From the NCBI GenBank assembly GCA_050012475.1, contig JBEKHC010000001.1, positions 1-64,000 on the forward strand: a DNA stretch of 64,000 nt. The letters run 5' to 3'. The stretch comes from Candidatus Velthaea sp. Lineage in GTDB: Bacteria; Vulcanimicrobiota; Vulcanimicrobiia; Vulcanimicrobiales; Vulcanimicrobiaceae. The notes beneath the pieces are model-generated. The model saw only the letters and a program-made list of their open reading frames with translations. It did no database searches and had not been told where the DNA came from. Every line of letters begins with the position of its first letter. Position 1 is the first letter of the stretch. Both the position numbers and the translations under genes were made by a program. This document shows positions 55,556-64,000 of the stretch, in pieces.

Positions 55556-57382
55556 TCAGCTCCGCGCGGCCGCCCGCACCAGTGACAGTAACTCGCGCGT
55601 GCAGGTCTCGATACCGGTGTGCGTCGTGTCGATGAGCAGGTCGGGTGACGCCGGCTCTTCGTAGGGGGCCGAGATGCCGGTGAAGTTTTCGATCGCGCCG
55701 TCACGGGCACGCCGGTATTGCCCCTTGGTGTCGCGCGCTTCGCACGTCGCGAGATCGGCGCGCACGTAGATTTCGAGAAAGGCTTGCGGCGCGGCGGCGC
55801 GCGCGAGCGCGCGTCCTTCGCGCAGCGGCGAGACTTGCGCGACGAGCGCGATGCTGCCGGCGTCGGCGAACAGCGCCGCCACTTCGCCGGTGCGCCGCGC
55901 GGCCTCCACCCGATCGGGCGGCAAGAAGCCGAGATCGCCGTTGAGCCCGCCGCGCAGCGTGTCGCCGTCGAGCACGTAGGTCGACCAGCCGTCGGCGAAG
56001 AGCGCAGCTTCGACGTGCGCAGCGATGGTCGATTTGCCGGCGCCGGGCAGGCCGGTAAGCCAGACGACGAGTCCGCGATGGTGATTGCGCCGCACGCGGT
56101 CGGCCGCGCGCACCCCCGGCGCCCGGCTTTCGACTTCGGGCGAAGAGCGCCGGTGCACGTCGCGCTCGGTAACGACCGTCCGCACGATACCGCCGCCACC
56201 AACCGCGTCGCCGCGGTACAGCGCGAAGCGCGCCAGCTTTGCCGGATGCGTGTCGACCACCAGCGGCTGCAAGCCGCGCAGCGTCACGCGGGCAATGTCG
56301 TTGCGCTGGAGCGTCACCGTCGCCGACTCGGCGAACGTTTCGATGTCGATGACGCCGTGGATCGCGTCGAGTACGACGGTCACGTCGCGCGTGCCGCAGC
56401 GCATCCGCACGTTCTCGCCCAACTCCAGCGGTGCGCGATCGAGCCAAAAGATCGTGGCCTCGAGCGATTCCGCGATATGCGGCGGCTCAGCCAGCTCGCT
56501 CGCGACGTCGCCGGGACCGACGAAGATCGGATGGTCTAACGTGAAACCGAACGCTTCGCCGGCTTGCGCGGGTTGACCCGATTCGGGGAAGCGCACGATG
56601 CGGCTCACCCGCGCGCGGTCGCGGGTGGGTGAGAAGCAGAGCGTCATCCCCGCGGCGACGCGGCCGCCGTCGAGATTGCCGACCAGAATCCGTTCTTCTT
56701 CACGGCGGTACACGTCGTGCACCGGGAAGCGCAGCGGCGCGTGCACCGCGGCTCGTTCGTCGAGCGCTTCGAGCGCTTCGAGCAGCGACGGGCCGGAATA
56801 CCAGTCCATGCGCTGCGAACCCTTGGCGACATTGTCGCCGTCGCGCGCGACGGTGGGCACCGCTGCCGCCAACTCCAACCCGGTTTGAGCGAACACGGCG
56901 CGCACGTCGTCCGCGATTTCACGGTAGCGCTGCGGATCGAAACCGATCGCGTCCATCTTATTGATCGCGACGACCGCCCGCGTCACGCCGACGAGCGGGA
57001 GCAGCAAGGCGTGTCGGCGCGTCTGCTCGCCGACGCCTTCGACGGCATCGACGACGACCACCGCGGCCAGCGCGTCGGCGGCGCCGCTGACCATGTGGCG
57101 GACGAACTCACGGTGGCCCGGCGCGTCGATGATCGCATATTGCCGCGTGGCGCTGCTGAACCAGATGCGTGTGGCGTCGATGGTGACGGCTTGATCGCGT
57201 TCGACTTGAAACGCGTCGAGTAAAAATGAGATCTCCAGCGGTACGCCGCGTCGAGCGGCGGCAGCTTCGAGCTCGGCCAATTTCCCGTCGGGGAAATAGC
57301 CGGTGTCGAGCAACAGCCGCGCGACGAGCGTCGACTTGCCGTGATCGACGTGGCCGGTGAAGACGACGGGGAACGTCTTCAC
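55556..57382 (-). CDS. cysNC: Bifunctional sulfate adenylyltransferase subunit 1 / APS kinase
   Basis: GHVDHGKST, DAPGH, NKMD, then WLTGLPGAGKST, LDGD, FTGISAPYE. Confidence 0.93.
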   Translation of the reverse strand: MKTFPVVFTGHVDHGKSTLVARLLLDTGYFPDGKLAELEAAAARRGVPLEISFLLDAFQVERDQAVTIDATRIWFSSATRQYAIIDAPGHREFVRHMVSGAADALAAVVVVDAVEGVGEQTRRHALLLPLVGVTRAVVAINKMDAIGFDPQRYREIADDVRAVFAQTGLELAAAVPTVARDGDNVAKGSQRMDWYSGPSLLEALEALDERAAVHAPLRFPVHDVYRREEERILVGNLDGGRVAAGMTLCFSPTRDRARVSRIVRFPESGQPAQAGEAFGFTLDHPIFVGPGDVASELAEPPHIAESLEATIFWLDRAPLELGENVRMRCGTRDVTVVLDAIHGVIDIETFAESATVTLQRNDIARVTLRGLQPLVVDTHPAKLARFALYRGDAVGGGGIVRTVVTERDVHRRSSPEVESRAPGVRAADRVRRNHHRGLVVWLTGLPGAGKSTIAAHVEAALFADGWSTYVLDGDTLRGGLNGDLGFLPPDRVEAARRTGEVAALFADAGSIALVAQVSPLREGRALARAAAPQAFLEIYVRADLATCEARDTKGQYRRARDGAIENFTGISAPYEEPASPDLLIDTTHTGIETCTRELLSLVRAAARS

Positions 57383-58173
57383 ATGTAGCCTCCCTGACGC
57401 AGACGCTCGAAGGCGTCTTCCGACTCGTGATCCATCGTGCGCCCGGCACGCTCGGGGGCACTCGTCGCAGCGAGTTCGGCGATGATGGCGTCGAGCGTCG
57501 CGGCGTCGCTGGGCACCGGCAGCGTGATGTTCTTTTCGCCCAGCGAGCGGTAGCGCATCCCGTCCTTGGCCAGGTACAAGGAGCAGTACGGGATGTTCTC
57601 GCGCTGCGTGTAGCGCCAGATGTCGATCTCGGTCCAGTGCAGCAGCGGGTGGATGCGCAAGTGCGCGCCGTCGGGCACGTCCGTTTGGTAGTAGTCCCAA
57701 AACTCAGGCGGCTGATCGGCAAAATTCCAGCTGCCGTCGGCTGCGCGCGGGCTGAAGATGCGGTCTTTGGCGCGCGTCGCTTGTTCGTCGCGGCGAATTC
57801 CTAAAATAACGCCGCGCCACTTCTCGCGCGCGATGAGCGCTTTGAGGCCTTCGGTCTTGCGCGCCGCGGCGCGGCCTGCCGGCGCCAGCGTTTGATCGAC
57901 TTCCGATTCCGGCGGGCAGAGCGCGTTGCGATAATCCAGGCCCCACGCCGCGATCAGATCGTCGCGAAACGCGTACACTTCGGGGAACTCCATCTCGGTG
58001 TCGAGCAGCGATACCGGAAACGGGATGCGGCCGACAAAGGCTTTGCGCGCCAGCCAGAGCAGCGCCGTGCTGTCCTTGCCGATCGACCACAACATGCCCA
58101 GCGGCCGGATGCGGCGATACGCTTCACGCAAAATAAAGATCGAGCGCGCTTCGAGAACGTCGAGTTGGTCCAT
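57379..58173 (-). CDS. cysD: Sulfate adenylyltransferase subunit 2
   Basis: SIGKDS, GIRRDE, RIHPLLHWTE, RYRSLG, ERAGR. Confidence 0.93.
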   Translation of the reverse strand: MDQLDVLEARSIFILREAYRRIRPLGMLWSIGKDSTALLWLARKAFVGRIPFPVSLLDTEMEFPEVYAFRDDLIAAWGLDYRNALCPPESEVDQTLAPAGRAAARKTEGLKALIAREKWRGVILGIRRDEQATRAKDRIFSPRAADGSWNFADQPPEFWDYYQTDVPDGAHLRIHPLLHWTEIDIWRYTQRENIPYCSLYLAKDGMRYRSLGEKNITLPVPSDAATLDAIIAELAATSAPERAGRTMDHESEDAFERLRQGGYM

Positions 58174-59540
58174 CAATGGGCTCCGGCGGCGGCGGAGCGG
58201 CGCGCGGTCAGTAACCGCAAGCCGCTGGCGAGCATGGCGAGCGTCGCGCAGCCGGCAGCCAGCCACAGCGCGATCGGCGTCGCGCTGCGCACGACGGTTT
58301 CCATATGTTCGGCGCCCGCCGCGACGGCGGCGCCGAGCGTGCCGAACATGATGGCGACAAGCGCGGCGCCGACGGTTTGGCCCGTCAGGCGAACCGCAGC
58401 GAGCACGCCGGCCGCGCTGCCGACTTTCTCGCGCGGCGCGCTGCCGACGAGTTCGCGGTTATTGGGCGCCTGAAAAAATCCGAAACCGATGCCGCAGATC
58501 ATCCCGTGCAGCACGATTTCGATCGCTTGCGGATGGGCCGGCAGCGTGGCGTAGAGCGCTAAACCCAGCGCCATGACCGCGAGCCCCACTGTCGACAGGA
58601 TGCCGGCCGAGTGCCGGTCCGAGAGCCGGCCGGCGATCGGCGCGGCCAGTGCGACCGACAGCGGCCACGAGGTGAGCAGCAGACCCGATTCGAATGGCGT
58701 GCGGCCCAGCACGGCTTGAAACAGAAACGGCAGCGACACGAAGGCCAAACCTTGTGCGGTGTACGTGAGCGTCGAGGTAATGCTGGCCAGCGCAAATGCC
58801 GGCTTGGCAAACAGATCGACGGCCAGCATCGGCGCCGGCAAGCGCAGCTGACGACGGACGAAGAACAGTCCGCTGGCCAATCCGAGGGCGATCTCGAGCG
58901 CGATTGCCGGCCCGGAGTCGTGGCGCGCAAAACCGTCGATGCCGTAAATCAGAGAACCAAACCCGAGCGCACTCACGAAAACACTCGGTACGTCGAGCGG
59001 CTTGCCGGTCCCCCTTTCGTTGGGCAACATACGCAGCGAATACAGCGTGTCGAACAAACCCAGCGGAACGTTGACGGCAAACAGCCACGGCCACGGTGCG
59101 ATCGCCAAAATCGAACCGCCGATCGTCGGGCCTGCGGCTGCGCTCGTCGCGACGATCACCGCGCTGATCCCCAGCGCCTTGCCCAGCTCCTGCGGCGGAA
59201 AGATTTGCCGGTACAGCGCCGGTCCGACGGCCATGAGCGCCGCCGCGCCGAAGCCTTGAAAGATGCGCGAAACGACCAGCACCGGAAGTGAGCGCGAGAT
59301 CGCGCACGCCAGCGATCCCAGCGTGAACAAGACGATGCCCAAGCGATATACGAAACTCGTGCCGCGCGAGTCGCCCAAACTGGCATAGGTGAGAATCGTC
59401 ATCGTGACCGCGAGTTGGAAGCCGTTGACGACCCAAATCGATTGGGCGGCCGTGGTGTGCAGTTCGCGCGCGATCGTGGGCAGCGCGGTGTTGGCGATCG
59501 AGCCGTCGAGCACGGCCATGATGGTTCCGACGGCGACCAC
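58173..59540 (-). CDS. MFS transporter (DHA2-like, 14 TM); true start uncertain
   Basis: LDGSIANTALP, SRIFQGFG, GPTIGG, WLFAVNVP, FQAPNN. Confidence 0.9.
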   Translation of the reverse strand: MVAVGTIMAVLDGSIANTALPTIARELHTTAAQSIWVVNGFQLAVTMTILTYASLGDSRGTSFVYRLGIVLFTLGSLACAISRSLPVLVVSRIFQGFGAAALMAVGPALYRQIFPPQELGKALGISAVIVATSAAAGPTIGGSILAIAPWPWLFAVNVPLGLFDTLYSLRMLPNERGTGKPLDVPSVFVSALGFGSLIYGIDGFARHDSGPAIALEIALGLASGLFFVRRQLRLPAPMLAVDLFAKPAFALASITSTLTYTAQGLAFVSLPFLFQAVLGRTPFESGLLLTSWPLSVALAAPIAGRLSDRHSAGILSTVGLAVMALGLALYATLPAHPQAIEIVLHGMICGIGFGFFQAPNNRELVGSAPREKVGSAAGVLAAVRLTGQTVGAALVAIMFGTLGAAVAAGAEHMETVVRSATPIALWLAAGCATLAMLASGLRLLTARRSAAAGAH

Positions 59541-59597
59541 GACGACGGCCAGCCAGCGCTTTGCCGGCGGAAGGCCCGGGTGCGGCTGTTCGATCGG

Positions 59598-59864
59598 TTA
59601 CGCGATCCGGTCTTCGAGCCGCGTCACGCGCGTTTCGAGTGTGTCGAACCGCCCGTCGACGTCGTCGAACCGGCGCAGCATGCGCGTTTCGAGGCGCGCC
59701 ACATCGTTGCGAACGTCGAGAATTTTTTGTTCCAGGCCCCCGAGACGGGCATCGACTCCGGTAAAGCGCCGCTCGATCCGGTCGAAGCCCTCGGTCAGCG
59801 CTTGATGGAGTGATGCAAAACCCGAAAGAATGTCTTCGTCTTTCACCTTATCATCGAACGGCAT
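59598..59864 (-). CDS. Small coiled-coil protein
   Basis: Heptad repeats FDRIERRF / FDDVDGRFDTLETRV. Confidence 0.65.
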   Translation of the reverse strand: MPFDDKVKDEDILSGFASLHQALTEGFDRIERRFTGVDARLGGLEQKILDVRNDVARLETRMLRRFDDVDGRFDTLETRVTRLEDRIA

Positions 59865-59921
59865 CGCTATTTCTCGCCCGTTTCTGCGAGGCTTCCCCAA
59901 TGCTTCGTCATCGATGCTGCA

Positions 59922-60806
59922 TCACGCGAAGGCTTGCTCCGCGTGGTACGAACTGCGCGACAGCGGGCTCGCGACCACCTGGCGGAAACCTTTGCTCTCG
60001 CCCAGCACGCGCAGTCGATCGAACTTCTCGGGCGTCACGAATTCGCGCACCGGCAAATGGCGCTTGGTGGGCTGCAGATATTGGCCCATCGTGAAGATGT
60101 CGACGCCGACCGCGCGCGCGTCGTCCATCGTTTGCGCGACTTCGGGTTCGGTTTCGCCCAAACCGAGCATCAGCGACGTTTTGGTGAAACGCGTTTTGCC
60201 GCTCTCTTTGGCTCGGGCCAAGACCGCGAGCGATTGACGGTAGCATGCCCGCCGGTCGCGCACGCTGGCCTGGAGACGTTCGACGGTCTCGAGGTTGTGC
60301 GCCAACACTTCGGGCTGCGCGGCGAGCACGATGTCGAGCGCGTCCAAATCGCCGGCGAAATCGCCGGTCAGACATTCGACTTTGGCGTCCGGCGATTGTT
60401 GGTGAATCATGCGCACGGTATTGGCGAAGATCGCGGCGCCGCCGTCGGCGAGGTCGTCGCGGTCGACGGCGGTGAGAACCAAGTAGCGCCAGCCCAGCTC
60501 GGCGACCGCCGCGGCGACGCGCTTGGGTTCGAGCCAGTCGACCTCGCCGTGCGGCGAGCCGGTTTTTACGTTGCAGAAGTGACAGCCGCGGGTGCACGTG
60601 TCGCCCAGGATCATGATCGTGGCGGTGCCGGCGCCCCAGCACTCACCCAGGTTCGGGCACATGGCCTCCTGGCAAACCGTGTGCAGGTCGAGCCGCTTGA
60701 CCTCCGCGCGGACGTATTCGTAGGCCGTGCCGCGCGGCAGCGTGACCTTCAGCCAGGGCGGCTTGCGAAGGACGGGCTGCGGGTTGATGAGGTCGATCGC
60801 GTCCAT
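59922..60806 (-). CDS. lipA: Lipoyl synthase
   Basis: CQEAMCPNLGEC, CTRGCHFC, HNLETV, GQYL, RSSY. Confidence 0.97.
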   Translation of the reverse strand: MDAIDLINPQPVLRKPPWLKVTLPRGTAYEYVRAEVKRLDLHTVCQEAMCPNLGECWGAGTATIMILGDTCTRGCHFCNVKTGSPHGEVDWLEPKRVAAAVAELGWRYLVLTAVDRDDLADGGAAIFANTVRMIHQQSPDAKVECLTGDFAGDLDALDIVLAAQPEVLAHNLETVERLQASVRDRRACYRQSLAVLARAKESGKTRFTKTSLMLGLGETEPEVAQTMDDARAVGVDIFTMGQYLQPTKRHLPVREFVTPEKFDRLRVLGESKGFRQVVASPLSRSSYHAEQAFA

Positions 60807-60947
60807 TGTCTTCCTAAAAGCAGCGTACTTGCGGATCCACGGCTTTGGGCGTCACCGCTCGGCGGTCGCCCGCCCGATCGATCCGGTACAGCCGGCCTGA
60901 GCCAATGTCGTTCGGCCAGGACCGCGCGGCGCACTTCCGGGCGGCCG

Positions 60948-61652
60948 CTATGCGGACTTTTCCCAGGACCGCGCTGCGGCCCAATCCGTTGCGCTGTCCG
61001 CCCGCTCGAACCGCACGTCGAACGCGCGCTCGAGTGCGGCCAGCAGCGCATCCCGGCCCGCTGCCCACGCCACGGGTCGTCCGGTTTCGCGGGCGATCGA
61101 GGTGATACCGAATTCGGGCGTCCCGCAGGGGGTGATCAGGCGGTCGTAGTCCAACAGCGGATCGACGTTGAGCGCGATGCCGTGCAGCGTGGTCATCCGC
61201 TGGACCGCCAAGCCGACGGCGCAGATCGCGTTTTCCCCGACGTACACGCCCCGATGTTCGGGGCGGCCGCCGGCGAGGATGCCGAAGCCGGCCAGGGCGT
61301 CGGCGACGGCGCCCTCGAGCTTGCCGACCAGCGGCACGATCTCGCGAAACCGTTCGAGCTTGACGATCGGATAGACGACGACCTGACCCGGCCCGTGATA
61401 GGTGACGTCGCCGCCGCGCTCAACTTGGCAGACGTCGATGCCGCGGGCGGCGAGCAGTTCGCGCGGCAGCAGCACGTTGGCGGCGTTCGCTTTGCGGCCC
61501 AGCGTGATGACCGGATCGTGTTCGACGACGATCCAGGTATCGCGCTCGCGGCCGGCGGCGACCGCCGCGTGGAGGGCTTTCTGCAGCTCGTGCACGCCGG
61601 GGTAGCGCGCGCGCCCCAGATCGAGCAGCCGAACCGGCCGCGGGTCGCTCAC
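60948..61652 (-). CDS. lipB: Octanoyltransferase
   Basis: EHDPVITLG, RGGDVTYHGPGQ, HGIALN, PCG. Confidence 0.95.
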   Translation of the reverse strand: MSDPRPVRLLDLGRARYPGVHELQKALHAAVAAGRERDTWIVVEHDPVITLGRKANAANVLLPRELLAARGIDVCQVERGGDVTYHGPGQVVVYPIVKLERFREIVPLVGKLEGAVADALAGFGILAGGRPEHRGVYVGENAICAVGLAVQRMTTLHGIALNVDPLLDYDRLITPCGTPEFGITSIARETGRPVAWAAGRDALLAALERAFDVRFERADSATDWAAARSWEKSA

Positions 61653-61654
61653 CG

Positions 61655-63106
61655 TCAAACGGCGGCCGGGGTTTTGGGCTTGGGCTTGGGATTCAGCACG
61701 TGAATGGCCTTGCCGTGAATGAGTTCGGCGGCATCCATGATCGATTCGGTCAGCGTCGGGTGGGGATGAATCGAGAGGCCAATGTCTTCGATCGTGGCGC
61801 CCATCTCGAGCGCGATCACGCCTTCGCCGATGAGGGATTCGGCCTGCGGTGCGACGATGTGCATACCCAGCAGCAAGTCGGTCTTGGCGTCGCCCACGAG
61901 TTTGATGAGCCCGTCGGATTCGTTCATCGTGCGCGCGCGGCCCGAGGCGATGAGCGGGAACTTGCCGACCGTGATCTCGTAGCCTTTGGCTTTGGCCTCT
62001 TCCTCTGACAGCCCGACGGTTGCGACTTCGGGATCGGTATACACGCAGTTCGGAACCGCGACCGGATCGTAGGCCGACGCCTTGTCGCCCGCGATGACTT
62101 CGGCCGCGACCACGCCCTGTTTCATCGCGCGATGGGCGAGCAGCGGCTGACCGGTGACGTCGCCGATCGCGTAAATGCCGCTTGCTGCGGTGCGCATCTG
62201 CGGATCGACGGCCAAAAAGCCGCGCTCGTCGGTGCTCAGGCCGGCGGCCGCGAGATCGAGCGTGTCGGTGACCGGCCGCCGGCCGACCGCGACGAGCACC
62301 ATGTCGAATTCGCGCGTCTCGGGTTTCTTGTTCGTATACTCGCCGTTGATCGTGGCCTTGACGTTGCCGTCGGCGACTTTTTCCAGGCTTTCGACCGTGG
62401 TGTTGAGGGCGATCTCGATGCCTTGCTTTTTGAGGATGCGCGCGAGGGTCTTGGAGATCTCGAGATCGGTGCCGGTGAGGATGGTGGGGAGCGCCTCGAC
62501 GACCAACACTTTGGCGCCCATGCGCGTGTAGACGGTCGCGAACTCGAGTCCGATCACGCCGCCGCCGACGACGAGCAAGTTGTTCGGGATCCGTCCCAAA
62601 CCCACGGCATCGTCGGAGTTGATGATCGTTTCGCGGTCGCGCGGCCAGGCCTTCACGTCGATCGGTGCCGAGCCGGTCGCGATGACGATCGCCGGAGCGG
62701 TGTACTCGTCGGTTGTGCCGTCGCGCTTCTTGAGGCTGACCGTGTTCTTGCCGGTGAACGTCGCGTCGCCGTACGCGAAGGTGACTTTGTTGGCTTTGAA
62801 CAGCGACTGCACGCCGCCCACGTTGGCTTTCACCACCGAGTCTTTGAACTTGAGGACGCCGGCGCGATCGATCTGGGCCTGCGGCACGGTGATCCCGATT
62901 TCGGCGGCATGATTGATGTGACGCGTCACCTCGCCGACGTGCAGCAGCGCTTTGGTCGGGATGCAACCCCAGTTGAGACAAACGCCGCCGACCTCGTCAC
63001 GGTCGAAACAGACGACGTTCTTGCCGAGTTGACCAAGGCGGATCGCGGCGTGATACCCGCCGGGACCCGCGCCGATGACGATGGCGTCGACGCTGATGGT
63101 TGCCAA
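61655..63106 (-). CDS. lpdA: Dihydrolipoyl dehydrogenase
   Basis: GAGPGG, GGVCLNWGCIPTK, IATGS, GGGVIGLE, HPHPTLTE. Confidence 0.97.
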   Translation of the reverse strand: MATISVDAIVIGAGPGGYHAAIRLGQLGKNVVCFDRDEVGGVCLNWGCIPTKALLHVGEVTRHINHAAEIGITVPQAQIDRAGVLKFKDSVVKANVGGVQSLFKANKVTFAYGDATFTGKNTVSLKKRDGTTDEYTAPAIVIATGSAPIDVKAWPRDRETIINSDDAVGLGRIPNNLLVVGGGVIGLEFATVYTRMGAKVLVVEALPTILTGTDLEISKTLARILKKQGIEIALNTTVESLEKVADGNVKATINGEYTNKKPETREFDMVLVAVGRRPVTDTLDLAAAGLSTDERGFLAVDPQMRTAASGIYAIGDVTGQPLLAHRAMKQGVVAAEVIAGDKASAYDPVAVPNCVYTDPEVATVGLSEEEAKAKGYEITVGKFPLIASGRARTMNESDGLIKLVGDAKTDLLLGMHIVAPQAESLIGEGVIALEMGATIEDIGLSIHPHPTLTESIMDAAELIHGKAIHVLNPKPKPKTPAAV

Positions 63107-63190
63107 AATAGTTCCTTTCGAGCCGGTATGAACGCTCGGGGTTTCGCCGCGGATGCGCTCGGGCGCTCCTTCTGCCGGCCGCCGACTTGC

Positions 63191-63607
63191 TTAGTGCGGA
63201 CCGGTCACAAGTGCTGCCAGCTTCGCCGGCGCGACCGTCCGGTACGCTTCGGTAATGAAGGCGGCTACCTGCCGCCAATCGGGCTGACGGTCGAGCCGAA
63301 CGCCGATCCAGCCGCGATGGCCGACGTATGCCGGCCGAAAGAAGCGCTCGCCATCACTCGCAATGAGATCGTGCTGCATGCCGTCGGGCGCCGCACACCA
63401 AATCGCGAGCCGCCCGTCGCCGTGATGGTTGTCGAGGAACATGACGAACGTTGCTTTGCCGCGGACGAAAAACGATGGCTGCCCGTGGCTGAGGCGTTCG
63501 CTGGTCTCCGGCAACGCTAGGCACCGCTTGCGGACGCGTGCGAGAGCCGCGGCGTTCGTCATCCGGTGGTGTCGCGTCGAATCGGCCGACGCATCGAACG
63601 CGTTCAT
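63191..63607 (-). CDS. MmcQ/YjbR family DNA-binding protein
   Basis: CLALPET, HGQPSF, FFRPAYVGHRGWIGV, EAYRTVA. Start 63607 or 63562. Confidence 0.85.
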   Translation of the reverse strand: MNAFDASADSTRHHRMTNAAALARVRKRCLALPETSERLSHGQPSFFVRGKATFVMFLDNHHGDGRLAIWCAAPDGMQHDLIASDGERFFRPAYVGHRGWIGVRLDRQPDWRQVAAFITEAYRTVAPAKLAALVTGPH

Positions 63608-63734
63608 GCTGTCTACGTAGCCGACGAGCAACGTTCGCGTCAAGAGCCGAGCGTACTGCGCAGGCGCTGCGTGCAAATCACGACGAATGGGAATAGACGG
63701 CGTCGGAAACTCGCTGTCGGCCACTGGTGGGGAG

Positions 63735-64000
63735 ATGCAACACATGCCAAAAGCGACGGTCGTACATGCGGGAGACGCGGTGAGCGCTACGCTGACGTTT
63801 ACGCTGGCGGCCGGGGAAGAAGCGTCGCGCGTGACGCTGCTCATGACGCGGACGCAAGCGCACAGCGAACACTCGGCGGTCGGACGGGCGCGCTGCATCA
63901 TCCTCGAATCAAGCCGCGAGCCGGCGGGACGTTCCCAGAGCGCGATCCGGGCGGCGGGGATCGGCGATGCTCCCCGTGCGCGCTTTCAGACCGAACTGCG
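63735..64000 (+). CDS. Hypothetical protein, 3'-partial
   Basis: GGGGAG before MQHMPKATV...; frame is open to the window end. Confidence 0.35.
   Translation, partial: MQHMPKATVVHAGDAVSATLTFTLAAGEEASRVTLLMTRTQAHSEHSAVGRARCIILESSREPAGRSQSAIRAAGIGDAPRARFQTEL

Noticed and set aside
60830..60875. c-di-GMP-I riboswitch upstream of lipA (GGTGACGC..AAAGCC)
   Set aside because: Lacks the GGCAAAC 5' strand, the GNRA loop and the downstream receptor stem.

Overview
GC-rich chromosomal window from a diderm bacterium. Three TonB-dependent receptors occur together with Firmicute-like genes (pdxST, Orn/Lys/Arg decarboxylase, Ycf45/SpoIIIAA-R3H ATPase), which suggests a lineage such as Candidatus Eremiobacterota; this is inference only. 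From left to right: a metal/copper-handling region (two TBDRs, SCO, PCuAC); Imm26, GNAT and a TPR-LuxR regulator preceded by a 22-aa peptide ORF; an AddAB/AdnAB-like pair with degenerate helicase motifs; ubiX, NTP-transferase, ispE, glycoside hydrolase, galT-like and pdxST; a decayed PAS-GGDEF gene, yeiH and an aldo-keto reductase; three S53 (sedolisin-like) proteases with a P450 and a TBDR; HNH, bioY, decarboxylase, amtB, tmk, holB, mtnP, ychF and gdh; a FitA/VapC toxin-antitoxin pair; and cysNC, cysD, MFS, lipA, lipB and lpdA. I saw no rRNA, tRNA, CRISPR array or transposase. The best leads are (1) a small hydrophobic peptide plus TPR-LuxR cassette resembling peptide signalling, (2) a dispersed family of structured intergenic elements with a conserved linker and covarying stems capped by GNA triloops, and (3) a membrane uORF ending in RPPP upstream of a metal-type TBDR, a candidate ribosome-arrest regulator. 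All protein calls come from motif recognition by eye, not from database searches.
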